Source: Candidatus Aenigmatarchaeota archaeon
GTDB lineage: Archaea; Aenigmatarchaeota; Aenigmatarchaeia; CG10238-14; SCSR01
NCBI GenBank assembly: GCA_038999725.1
Contig: JAWBWS010000002.1
Coordinates: 1-64,000, forward strand
Direction: 5' to 3'
DNA: 64,000 nt
Below the pieces are notes generated by a model. The model was not told the origin of the DNA. It did no database searches and saw only the letters and a program-made list of their open reading frames with translations. Of this stretch, positions 38,212-47,046 are shown piece after piece; position 1 is the stretch's first letter; the number at the start of each line of letters is the position of its first letter. The position numbers were made by a program, and so were the translations under genes.

Positions 38212-38521
38212 AATTATTATTTGATTTTTGGCTTAAAATTGATTTTCCTGTCGAACTTGAGTCGAAAAAACCGGATGAAAAATTTGGGGAAAAATTCAGT
38301 TTTAAAGCAATTTTTTAAATTTAAAATGAAATTGGTCGAGGTTTTTATGAAAAATTCTTTTAGTTTAAAATAAATTAATGTTTTTTCTGAAGAGGAGAGA
38401 AAAAATAAACTTCTTTTCACGTCGAAAAAACTTTAAATGAGAGGAGAAACTTTTAGCTTGCTTTTCTTCTATCTTATTTTTTCTATTTGATAGAAATTGA
38501 TATAAAGTTCGACAAAGTAAA

Positions 38522-38551
38522 ACATTGTTAGACATTGGTAGACATTGGTCG
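38522..38551. repeat. Three tandem 10-bp repeats
   Basis: ACATTGTTAG ACATTGGTAG ACATTGGTCG. Confidence 0.85.
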
Positions 38552-38559
38552 CTTAAGTA

Positions 38560-38590
38560 AACCTAAGTCAATCAAAGTTTGACTTAGGTT
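38560..38590. promoter_or_regulatory. Perfect 12-bp inverted repeat, candidate operator or hairpin
   Basis: AACCTAAGTCAA-7 nt-TTGACTTAGGTT directly before the SD of the HTH gene. Confidence 0.65.
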
Positions 38591-38607
38591 ACCAAAGGAG
38601 AAATGAG

Positions 38608-38814
38608 ATGGTAGGAAATGGTATAGAGGAGAGTATACTCAAATTATTGGAAAAAAATCTAAATGGAATGAAAATAGCAGACATATCTAAAGCTCTCAAT
38701 ATTCCTCGCCAAACTGTGTCGAAGTACGTTTATGCCTTAGCTGTTAGAGGCTTGATTGAGCAAAGAGAGGTTGGTAGAGCTAAGCTTTGCTTCCTAAAGA
38801 GGAGGAAAAAATGA
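38608..38814 (+). CDS. Small winged-helix transcriptional regulator
   Basis: IADISKALNIPRQTVSKY..L...GLI..R.VG.AKL. Confidence 0.85.
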   Translation: MVGNGIEESILKLLEKNLNGMKIADISKALNIPRQTVSKYVYALAVRGLIEQREVGRAKLCFLKRRKK

Positions 38815-41800
38815 TAAGTTTTAAATTAAGAGTATTTTCAATCTCAATAATCTTGTTTATATTCTCCATACTTCCTTCCATGGTTTTAGCACAAACCCAA
38901 AGCCATCCCTTAAGTGAAATTTGGCCAATAGATGTGAATTTGAACATGTCTCAAAAAAACATAACCAATGTTAGTTATTTCTTCCTTTCTAGTGGGAGAT
39001 ATATTTATGATACTGGCTCATTAATTGGCCTTTCCTCTGGCTTACAGCTTGGTGGAAACCTTAATCTCAACTCCTTTTCTTTGATCGCTGGAAATTGGAT
39101 TAATGCTTCTAATTTCAATGTATCAAATCAACTTTGTTTGGGAGGAATTTGTCAATCAGCTTGGCCCGTCAGCTCAAGCACAGGAACTCCTGGTTATCTT
39201 TCTCTTTGGGTCACTTCAACTAGCCTAGGAAATTCTCTCATTAACCAAACAGGGGGGAATGTTTGGATAACTGCTGGCAACTTGAACATTTTGAGTGGAG
39301 CTTTGCAGATTGGTGGAACTAGTGTGATAGATTCTTCTAGAAACATTGTTAATGTTAATTGGGTTAATGTAACTAATTTGAATGCTAGCAATGCATTGTA
39401 TGCTCAAAGCATTTATGAGGCAGGAGCAAGCTTGGCAAGCAAGTATGTGCCACAAACAAGACAAATAAATACAGGAGCGCCTTTAACTGGAGGGGGAAGC
39501 TTAAGTTCTGATTTAACTTTGGACATAAGCATACCAATTTGTACTTCAGGTCAATTCTTAACAAGCTCTGATGGAAACAGCTTTGTTTGTCAAACCCCTG
39601 CTCCAGGCACAGCTGGAGGATGGACTGATGAAGGAACAATAGTTAGGCTAACTACTGCTACAGATAGTGTGAATGCAACAAGCTTGTGGATAAACAATAC
39701 TGCTCAAAGAGTGGGAATAGGGACTTACTCTCCTGCTTACGCTTTACATGTTATTGGAGATGTTGGATGGACAGGAAGCTTGCAGCTTGGTACAGTACCT
39801 TGGACTAGGTTATCTGGCTATGATTTGAATGTTGCTTGGAGTAACAAGCTTGGTTGGGGGAATTTAACTGGTTATAATTTAAATGTTGCATGGACTGGAA
39901 GCTTGGGAGGAGGCAACATAACTGCTGGAACAATAACAACAGCCCAAATAGCTGATAATGCTGTCACACTCGCTAAAATTAATCAAACTTCTTGTCCTTC
40001 TGGATTTGCGATAAGGGTAATAGGGGGAGGAACTTATGTTTGTGAGCAAATTAACGCTACTAGCGGAGTTGGAAATGTTTCTGGTTCAGGAATAGCAAAT
40101 GCTTTGGCTTATTGGACTGGTAACAGTGTAATAAGTGCATTTTCTTGGGGTAGTAGTGGTCAGTTTTTGAAATCACAAGGCTCTGGTTCACAGCCAATTT
40201 GGGACACTATCGATCTTGGAACTGATACGGAAGGAAACTATGTTGCTGGAATAAATGCTGGAAGTGGGATACAAATAACTGGGAGTCCAGGAGAAGGGTG
40301 GAGTCCAACTGTTAGCTTAACAACAACAGGAGTAACTGCTGGGAGCTATGGGTCAGCTTCACAAGTTGCTAGCTTTAGTGTTGACGCATATGGAAGAATT
40401 ACTTCTGCAAGCAATGTTAGCATTGCTATAGATGCTAGCCAAATCACTTCAGGAACTTTGCCTTTAGCAAGGGGTGGGACTGGAGCAAGTGATGCTGCAA
40501 CGGCAAGGAGCAATTTGCAGGCAAGCGGGATAGGAAGTTGTCCTTCTGGACAAGTTGTTCAGAATTTAACAACTGGCTTGCCTCAATGCGTAGCAGTGGA
40601 TGTGAATGCTGGGGATGATATAACTGGATCTGGAACTGCTGGATACATAGCAATGTGGAATTCTAGTCAAAGCATAAACAATTCGGTGATTTATCAGAGC
40701 GGTGGCAACGTGGGGATTGGGACTACTAGTCCGAGTGAAAAATTAACAGTAAATGGAAGTGTTGGCCTAAGGGATGGGGCTTTGTGGCAACCAGTTTATC
40801 CATCAGATGATGGTTTGGTTTTGTATTTGCCATTTTCAGAGGGAAGTGGAACGAAAACTTATGATAAATCTCCTTATGGAAACGATGGAACTATATCCTA
40901 CGGTAACTGGAGTGATGGAAAATATGGAAAGGCTTTGAGTTTTAATGGAACTCATGGTTGTGTTGTTTTACCATCATATTTCCCAAAATTATCATGGAAT
41001 AAAACTATCACAGCATGGATAAATAGGCAACCAAATTCTTTAGCAACTATTTTTAGTGTAGATGATTCTTCCTGGGGTTTGCGAGGTTATGCTTTTACAA
41101 TAAATTCTAATGGACAATTAGTTTTTCGTGTTGGTAATGGTATAACAGCTGAAAATAAGGGTAGTTCTATTTATGCCCCACCAAATACTTGGAACTTTGT
41201 TGCAGCTGTATATGATAATTCTACTAATAGTGTGACATTTTTCATTAATGGAATAAAGGATGGCCCATATTATTTCTCAATATCTAATACATGGAATATT
41301 TCTGAGAATTGGGTTGTGATTGGTGGAGAGGACTGTGTAGGAAACGAAGTTGGTTTAAATGGTACCATAGATGAAGTTAAAGTTTACAATAGAACATTAT
41401 CTGAAGAGGAAATTAGAACTCAATATCTCCAAGGCTTACAATCCCATGGCTATGTAATGGCGGATAACTTCAAAGTAATTAATACCTCTGCTCAAGAATT
41501 AATGAGAATCACTCCTTCAGGCAACGTTGGCATAGGGACGACAACACCAGCTTATAAGCTAGATGTAGCTGGAGATATAAGGGCTACTGGGACAATATAT
41601 GGAGCTCTTTCTGGGACTGCTGATAATGCTAAAGCTTGCAATGCAGATGGAATTTGTGAAACTAATGACATTGCTTTGGCTTCAGGTGGGCAAATTGATT
41701 TCTATGATGAAACTGGAGATAAAGCTTATTGGTATTCGAACACTTATGGAACTGGGATAGAATCTGGAACATTAACTGATTGGTCTGCCACAAGATTCAG

Positions 41801-42902
41801 ATGGAGGATTGGTGGAACTTCTGTTTCTTCTGGTACAGAAAAAATGACTTTAACTTCTACTGGCTTGAAGATAGGTGGAGGGGATGCAAGCTATGCTTTA
41901 GATGTGGTTGGAAGTGCGGCTATTGATTCACCTACATTTTTTGTTGATGCAGCTAATGATAGAGTTGGTATTGGTACAACAGCTCCGAGCCAAAAATTGG
42001 AAGTCATAGGAAATATTAAAGCTACTGGTAGTACACCCTTAATGTGGGTTGGTTCTGGGGGAAGAAACTACCAGATTGAAAATTACGACAACCGTTTAAT
42101 CCTTGCTGATGCTGGTGTTAGAAGAGTTTTTGAATACGATCCAAGTGGATGGCTAAATCTTGCTGCTGGGACTAACATTTATATTTCAAGTGGTGGCAAC
42201 GTCGGCATCGGGACGACGGCACCTGCTGGTAAGCTAGATGTTACTGGAACATCTATCATAAGGAGAGGAGAGGGAATTCAAGATAAAATAGTTTTAGCGG
42301 CGGGAGATCCAAATGTGGGTCTTGAACTTCGTTCAGAAACATCAGGAGGAACACCTTTTATAGATTTTGCTAACGATGCTTCTACAGATTTTGATGCCAG
42401 AATTAGACTTACTGGTAATGGATTGTTGGCAATAGAAGGAGCCAACGTCGGCATAGGTACAACTTCACCCTCATCAAAACTGGAAGTTTACGGTGGAGAT
42501 ATTGAAATAAACAATGGAGAAGCAACAGGAAGCTACAAGATAAAAGGTTTGAGGATATTTTATGCTGGTGATGAAACAGAAGTAAGTACCACTAGCACTC
42601 AATATGTACTTAAAAAGCATTTCACTGCAATTTTCGATTCCCAATATGGAATCAAGCCAAGCTATGTTAATGTGATAGCAAGACTTAAAAATACTGGTGG
42701 TTACACTACTTCACTCAACATAACCATGGAAGGTTGTACAGGCATAACACTCACCACAACATCAACTAGCTACACTTTAGTCAAAGGAACTTTGAACACT
42801 AACTGCGGAGATGGAATCTACCCAACAAAAATTTACTTGATGACAAGTAATTCAGCGGGCACAGCTTATAATGATATAATAGAATTTTATTATGTCGAGT
42901 AA
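38811..42902 (+). CDS. Large secreted surface/fibre-like protein with GNVGIGTT repeats and a LamG domain
   Basis: Signal peptide from MISFKL (GGAGG SD); six (GN/R)VGIGT motifs; VDAYGRITSA; LamG (GLVLYLPF...IDEVKVYNR). Confidence 0.85.
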   Translation: MISFKLRVFSISIILFIFSILPSMVLAQTQSHPLSEIWPIDVNLNMSQKNITNVSYFFLSSGRYIYDTGSLIGLSSGLQLGGNLNLNSFSLIAGNWINASNFNVSNQLCLGGICQSAWPVSSSTGTPGYLSLWVTSTSLGNSLINQTGGNVWITAGNLNILSGALQIGGTSVIDSSRNIVNVNWVNVTNLNASNALYAQSIYEAGASLASKYVPQTRQINTGAPLTGGGSLSSDLTLDISIPICTSGQFLTSSDGNSFVCQTPAPGTAGGWTDEGTIVRLTTATDSVNATSLWINNTAQRVGIGTYSPAYALHVIGDVGWTGSLQLGTVPWTRLSGYDLNVAWSNKLGWGNLTGYNLNVAWTGSLGGGNITAGTITTAQIADNAVTLAKINQTSCPSGFAIRVIGGGTYVCEQINATSGVGNVSGSGIANALAYWTGNSVISAFSWGSSGQFLKSQGSGSQPIWDTIDLGTDTEGNYVAGINAGSGIQITGSPGEGWSPTVSLTTTGVTAGSYGSASQVASFSVDAYGRITSASNVSIAIDASQITSGTLPLARGGTGASDAATARSNLQASGIGSCPSGQVVQNLTTGLPQCVAVDVNAGDDITGSGTAGYIAMWNSSQSINNSVIYQSGGNVGIGTTSPSEKLTVNGSVGLRDGALWQPVYPSDDGLVLYLPFSEGSGTKTYDKSPYGNDGTISYGNWSDGKYGKALSFNGTHGCVVLPSYFPKLSWNKTITAWINRQPNSLATIFSVDDSSWGLRGYAFTINSNGQLVFRVGNGITAENKGSSIYAPPNTWNFVAAVYDNSTNSVTFFINGIKDGPYYFSISNTWNISENWVVIGGEDCVGNEVGLNGTIDEVKVYNRTLSEEEIRTQYLQGLQSHGYVMADNFKVINTSAQELMRITPSGNVGIGTTTPAYKLDVAGDIRATGTIYGALSGTADNAKACNADGICETNDIALASGGQIDFYDETGDKAYWYSNTYGTGIESGTLTDWSATRFRWRIGGTSVSSGTEKMTLTSTGLKIGGGDASYALDVVGSAAIDSPTFFVDAANDRVGIGTTAPSQKLEVIGNIKATGSTPLMWVGSGGRNYQIENYDNRLILADAGVRRVFEYDPSGWLNLAAGTNIYISSGGNVGIGTTAPAGKLDVTGTSIIRRGEGIQDKIVLAAGDPNVGLELRSETSGGTPFIDFANDASTDFDARIRLTGNGLLAIEGANVGIGTTSPSSKLEVYGGDIEINNGEATGSYKIKGLRIFYAGDETEVSTTSTQYVLKKHFTAIFDSQYGIKPSYVNVIARLKNTGGYTTSLNITMEGCTGITLTTTSTSYTLVKGTLNTNCGDGIYPTKIYLMTSNSAGTAYNDIIEFYYVE

Positions 42903-43062
42903 AAATTGCAAAAATTCTCTTTAAAAACTAGAAGAATATAATACGAATTTAAACAAACTTGTAAATCATGAAAAACAACATTAGTTCAGAATTCAAGTGA
43001 GTTTTGGGATGCTGGTATTTTGGGCATCAGTGCTTCACTCTTCTTGTTTCCCATTTTTGAGT

Positions 43063-43275
43063 TTAAACAATTCTAATCCTTTTTCTTCCTATTTGGGTCA
43101 CATTTTCAGGTACTTTAATGCTCACATTCTCTTGAAATGGCCTTGTGGTTGTGGTAATGTTGGTTTGAGTTTGGCTAGTTTTTTGAATTCCGCCAAACTC
43201 TAAAAAAATGAAGAGGAAGATGAGAAGCAACAAGATGAGTAAAGCAATTTTTTTTACCTCTTTGCTTATTTTCAT
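43063..43275 (-). CDS. Small single-TM protein
   Basis: Basic N-terminus, TM, Thr-rich linker, C-terminal RIRIV. Confidence 0.65.
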   Translation of the reverse strand: MKISKEVKKIALLILLLLIFLFIFLEFGGIQKTSQTQTNITTTTRPFQENVSIKVPENVTQIGRKRIRIV

Positions 43276-43510
43276 AATATTAATTTTGGAATTTCCACTT
43301 TAATTGTTTTAGTTGTGCAAGTGAACTTTTGGAACATTGCACTTAAAGCTAGCTGTGCTTCTTTGTTTTTTCATTTGTCTCATTATTTTGGAAAAAGGGC
43401 TGAGTGGAGCACAATTTGGAAAATGAAATAAAAAGGCTTCATCTTCTAACTAGTTTTGTTTGCTAGTGCTAATTATATTTTTATTAATTATGTACCCTAA
43501 ATAAAATATA

Positions 43511-43927
43511 ATGAAGATTGTTTGGGCTGCCATTATTTTCCTTATAGGAGTCGCAACAATAGCAGGCTATTTCTTGTTTTTTAGTGAGATGGAAGAAATT
43601 GCCCCTCAAACTACCACAACAACTCTTCAAACTACCACAACTGAAGTTAGAATTGGGGAAAAAATAACAGTTACGAAAAATGAAGTGTTTATTTATTCTG
43701 ATAAATTTGAACCTTCTCAATTAACCATCAAAGCTGGTGAAAAAGTGAAGTGGGTAAACAAAGATAACAAACAACACGAACTTGTTTGTGTAAGTGCAAA
43801 TCAAGCTCTATTCGATGTAATACTGTATAAAGAAGAGTTTTGGGAGTTTTCTTTTAATGAAACCACAGAATGTTGGGATCCTTCGGTAAGTGAAGAAACC
43901 ATGAGAATGAGTATTACAGTGAGTTAA
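43511..43927 (+). CDS. Cupredoxin-fold membrane-anchored protein
   Basis: F.P..L.IK.G..V.W.N.D...H, M...ITV; C-terminal Cu-ligand His absent. Confidence 0.75.
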   Translation: MKIVWAAIIFLIGVATIAGYFLFFSEMEEIAPQTTTTTLQTTTTEVRIGEKITVTKNEVFIYSDKFEPSQLTIKAGEKVKWVNKDNKQHELVCVSANQALFDVILYKEEFWEFSFNETTECWDPSVSEETMRMSITVS

Positions 43928-45655
43928 CTAAACTATCCTTATTCTTCCTCCCCTTATTTCTATTACTCCACCACCGCGCCAGAGACCATCTGCCTCACAT
44001 TTCCAAGAGCCAACTGCACTGCCAGGATTGACATTTTGAACAAAACTATAACCAGAGCCAGAGCCTCCGGCTTGCTTACAGAAATAGAGCTCGCCGTTAA
44101 AAGTAAGATAGCTTGCGTTGATGCTGCCTACATTGTTATGAGATACGACTTCTCCTTGGACACAAGCTGAATTGCCTATGCCTGAGGCTTCAAAGAGGTC
44201 TGGAGAACCGTCATCACCACAGCATGGACGATTGTTACCATCTGAAGTACTTGAAAACCAAGTTTTACCACACCCACTACAATAACTTAAAGAGCTATCA
44301 GGATCGTATACATCGTAATCACAGTAGTCATCAATTGTGTCATAGCAGTAGTAGTCGTAATAAGAGTATGGGGGTCCACCAGAACATCCATCATATTCAT
44401 TACAATTTTTTGTTGTGTAAGTATAGCTTGAACCACTTGCACAATATTCAGTTAATGTACTGCCTGAACAAGAATCACGATAAATGTTATAGAGTGTGCA
44501 ACTACTATCACCATTGTTACAACCAGTGTAATCTATCACATAGCCTCCTGTTGTGTAGTTATAACAACCATTATCGCTATCCACTGATTGTTTGGTGCTG
44601 CAATTTTCTACAACCGAACCTAACTCAAAAGTACAAGTGTTTGTATTAGGAACAACATAGTAGTCTATGTAGCTGTATACAACATTTGAGTAGCAGTAAC
44701 TTAATTGTCCATTGTTTGGACATCTGTCAGAACTATCACAATCAAAAATTGGACAATTAAGTCTGGTGGAGCTACATGTATTAGTATTCTGAATGACGAA
44801 ATAATCTGTTAGGTTAGAAGGTGGGTCGTCCCCACATCCAGGAACATTTCCTCCTCCTTCCCAACCATCCTGGTTATCGCAATCAACTGATGGGCAATTA
44901 GCTTGGGTGTATGTACATGTATTAGTATTAGGCGAAACATAATAATCTCTTAGCTCAGAAGGTGGATCGTCCATTTGGTAACAACCTGGTCCTAAATCTC
45001 CTCCTCCATACCAATTATCTAGGTTATCACAATCAGTAGTATCAGTTACATTGTAATTACATTGTCCTAGCGAAACACAATAATAGTCTCTTAGCTCAGA
45101 AGGTGGATCGTCCATTTGGTAACAACCTGGTCCTAAATCTCCTCCTCCATACCAAGCGTCCAGTTTATTTCCACACCTGTCTGGGTTAGAGGAAGTTCTC
45201 CACCCAAATGTGTTGCCATCGTTTGTACAGTAATAAGTTGTTCCCCCGCACACTTGAGAATAACATTCTAAAGTCTGATCACAATATATCACATCCCTAC
45301 CACATCCTGTATCCCTACACACACTCAGGTTAAGAGGATTAAAGTTGCATACATCTGCTGTTAAAGTACAGTAGTAAGCATAACCACAGTATATTGTATC
45401 CCAACCACCACATATGTCGCCAGTATAACTACCATAACAATGTTGAGTATCAAGAGAGTAATAACAAGTGCTTCCTACTTTGTAAGAGGAAGGACAACTT
45501 GGACAACCACTCACACCTGGACAATAAGTAACTGCTAAAACTATTGTTTTTGAGTTAGGAAAATATAGGAAGAAAATTACAAAGAAAAATAGAATCAAAA
45601 CATAAATTCCCATCTTAGTTAATCCTTTTCTTCCAAAAATTTCTTTTTTCCCCAC
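43928..45655 (-). CDS. Cysteine-rich repetitive extracellular protein
   Basis: N-terminal TM/signal; about 48 Cys; repeated W.GGG...PGC..DDPPS...DY units. Confidence 0.8.
   Translation of the reverse strand: MGKKEIFGRKGLTKMGIYVLILFFFVIFFLYFPNSKTIVLAVTYCPGVSGCPSCPSSYKVGSTCYYSLDTQHCYGSYTGDICGGWDTIYCGYAYYCTLTADVCNFNPLNLSVCRDTGCGRDVIYCDQTLECYSQVCGGTTYYCTNDGNTFGWRTSSNPDRCGNKLDAWYGGGDLGPGCYQMDDPPSELRDYYCVSLGQCNYNVTDTTDCDNLDNWYGGGDLGPGCYQMDDPPSELRDYYVSPNTNTCTYTQANCPSVDCDNQDGWEGGGNVPGCGDDPPSNLTDYFVIQNTNTCSSTRLNCPIFDCDSSDRCPNNGQLSYCYSNVVYSYIDYYVVPNTNTCTFELGSVVENCSTKQSVDSDNGCYNYTTGGYVIDYTGCNNGDSSCTLYNIYRDSCSGSTLTEYCASGSSYTYTTKNCNEYDGCSGGPPYSYYDYYCYDTIDDYCDYDVYDPDSSLSYCSGCGKTWFSSTSDGNNRPCCGDDGSPDLFEASGIGNSACVQGEVVSHNNVGSINASYLTFNGELYFCKQAGGSGSGYSFVQNVNPGSAVGSWKCEADGLWRGGGVIEIRGGRIRIV
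44946..45155. repeat. Perfect 69-bp intragenic direct repeat
   Basis: 44946-45014 identical to 45087-45155 (offset 141 bp = 47 aa). Confidence 0.9.
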
Positions 45656-45695
45656 ACAAATCTAATTTAATATACTCATGGGGAAATAAATTTTT

Positions 45696-47045
45696 TCATA
45701 TCTTTCTGTAAACTTTATAAGAGGGCAACCCTTCTATTTCCATTTCCAAAATGTAGTTTTCCCGGATAAATCTGTTGAAGCTTTCTTCCGACATTAAATA
45801 TTCTTCTGCATCTATGAAAAAAGCTGGCTTCTTTTTCATCAACTCTTCTAGAATTTTACTTTCGTTCACAAATTTCAGGTAATCCAAGAAAGTGTCGAAA
45901 TAATTTGAAGTTATTTCTATGCCTGTTGAGAAAGAGATGAAGGAAGTTGTAGAATATTCGCCGAAAATTGTCTCCCCTTCTTTCGTTCTGTTTTGAATTA
46001 ACTCTTTAACTTGATAAATGCTAGTAAAACGCTTGGGATTGATGTAAAACTCTAGTGTTGAGAAATTCGTGTAGAAGGAAAGGAAGAAAATCAAGAGAAG
46101 GAAAACTTTTACAGAAATTTCTTTTGAAAGCAAGAATGCACTTGAAGTAGCAATCATGATAAAAGGTAGGGAAAACAAAAAGTAATGGTAAGCTATGTTC
46201 TTAAAGGAGAGTAAAAGGATGGAATCCACAAGAAGTGGGTAAAGAGAAAAAAGCATGTATTTTTTGTTTTCTTGTCTTGACAAAACAAGGGAAGAAACCA
46301 AACATAAAAAAATTGTGAAAAAACCGAAGTTGAGATATTGAAATATAAGCTTTGGTTTTGTGGAAATAAGTCTTGAAAAAAACTGGAAAATTATGGTATC
46401 GTGAATGAAATTGTAACCGAAAATTGAAAATAGGAGCAAGAATGTTGAAAGTGCCAAAGACGAAAGTGACAATACAAATTTCTTCAATTCACTCTTCTCG
46501 AAAAAGAGAAAATACAGAAGAAGAAATGGGAGATAAGTCAAGGCTAAATACCTGAAGAACAAGGCAATTGTGAATGAAAATGCTGAAAGTATAGGTTTGT
46601 GATCGAGGGCAAAGTGGAATGAAAGAAGTAAGAAAGCAAGAGCTTCCCAGGTGCCATATCCTTGATCTGAAAAAGTCAAGAAAGCTGGGAAAAGTAGGAA
46701 AAAAATGGAGGATAAGAGAGCTGTTTTTGAGTTAAACAGTTTCCTTGAGATGAAGAAAACCAGTGCCACGGAAAAACTGCTAGCAAGAAGTGGAACTAAT
46801 TTAGCTGTATGAAGTGAAACACCAAAAAGATGAAAAAAGAGTGCATACGTGTAAAGTTGAAGTGGGGGATGTACATAGCTGAAATCTTTATAAGGAATAA
46901 GACCCTCTTTCACCTTTTTCCCCATCAAGAAGTAAAGGTTTTCGTCAGAAAATGTTGGATGGATTGTTAGAAACTTGAGCAGAAAAAATATCAAGATTGA
47001 TGAGAACAAAATGATTTCTTCTTTCGAAAAAATTTCTGACTTCAT
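45696..47045 (-). CDS. GT-C fold membrane glycosyltransferase (GT39/GT83-like)
   Basis: SDE..Y, G..PY.DF..HPPL first-loop motif; many TMs. Confidence 0.82.
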   Translation of the reverse strand: MKSEIFSKEEIILFSSILIFFLLKFLTIHPTFSDENLYFLMGKKVKEGLIPYKDFSYVHPPLQLYTYALFFHLFGVSLHTAKLVPLLASSFSVALVFFISRKLFNSKTALLSSIFFLLFPAFLTFSDQGYGTWEALAFLLLSFHFALDHKPILSAFSFTIALFFRYLALTYLPFLLLYFLFFEKSELKKFVLSLSSLALSTFLLLFSIFGYNFIHDTIIFQFFSRLISTKPKLIFQYLNFGFFTIFLCLVSSLVLSRQENKKYMLFSLYPLLVDSILLLSFKNIAYHYFLFSLPFIMIATSSAFLLSKEISVKVFLLLIFFLSFYTNFSTLEFYINPKRFTSIYQVKELIQNRTKEGETIFGEYSTTSFISFSTGIEITSNYFDTFLDYLKFVNESKILEELMKKKPAFFIDAEEYLMSEESFNRFIRENYILEMEIEGLPSYKVYRKI

Positions 47046-47046
47046 C

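Noticed and set aside
38811..42902. Prophage tail gene or diversity-generating retroelement target
   Set aside because: No capsid, terminase, integrase or reverse transcriptase, and no adenine-specific template/variable repeat pair seen.
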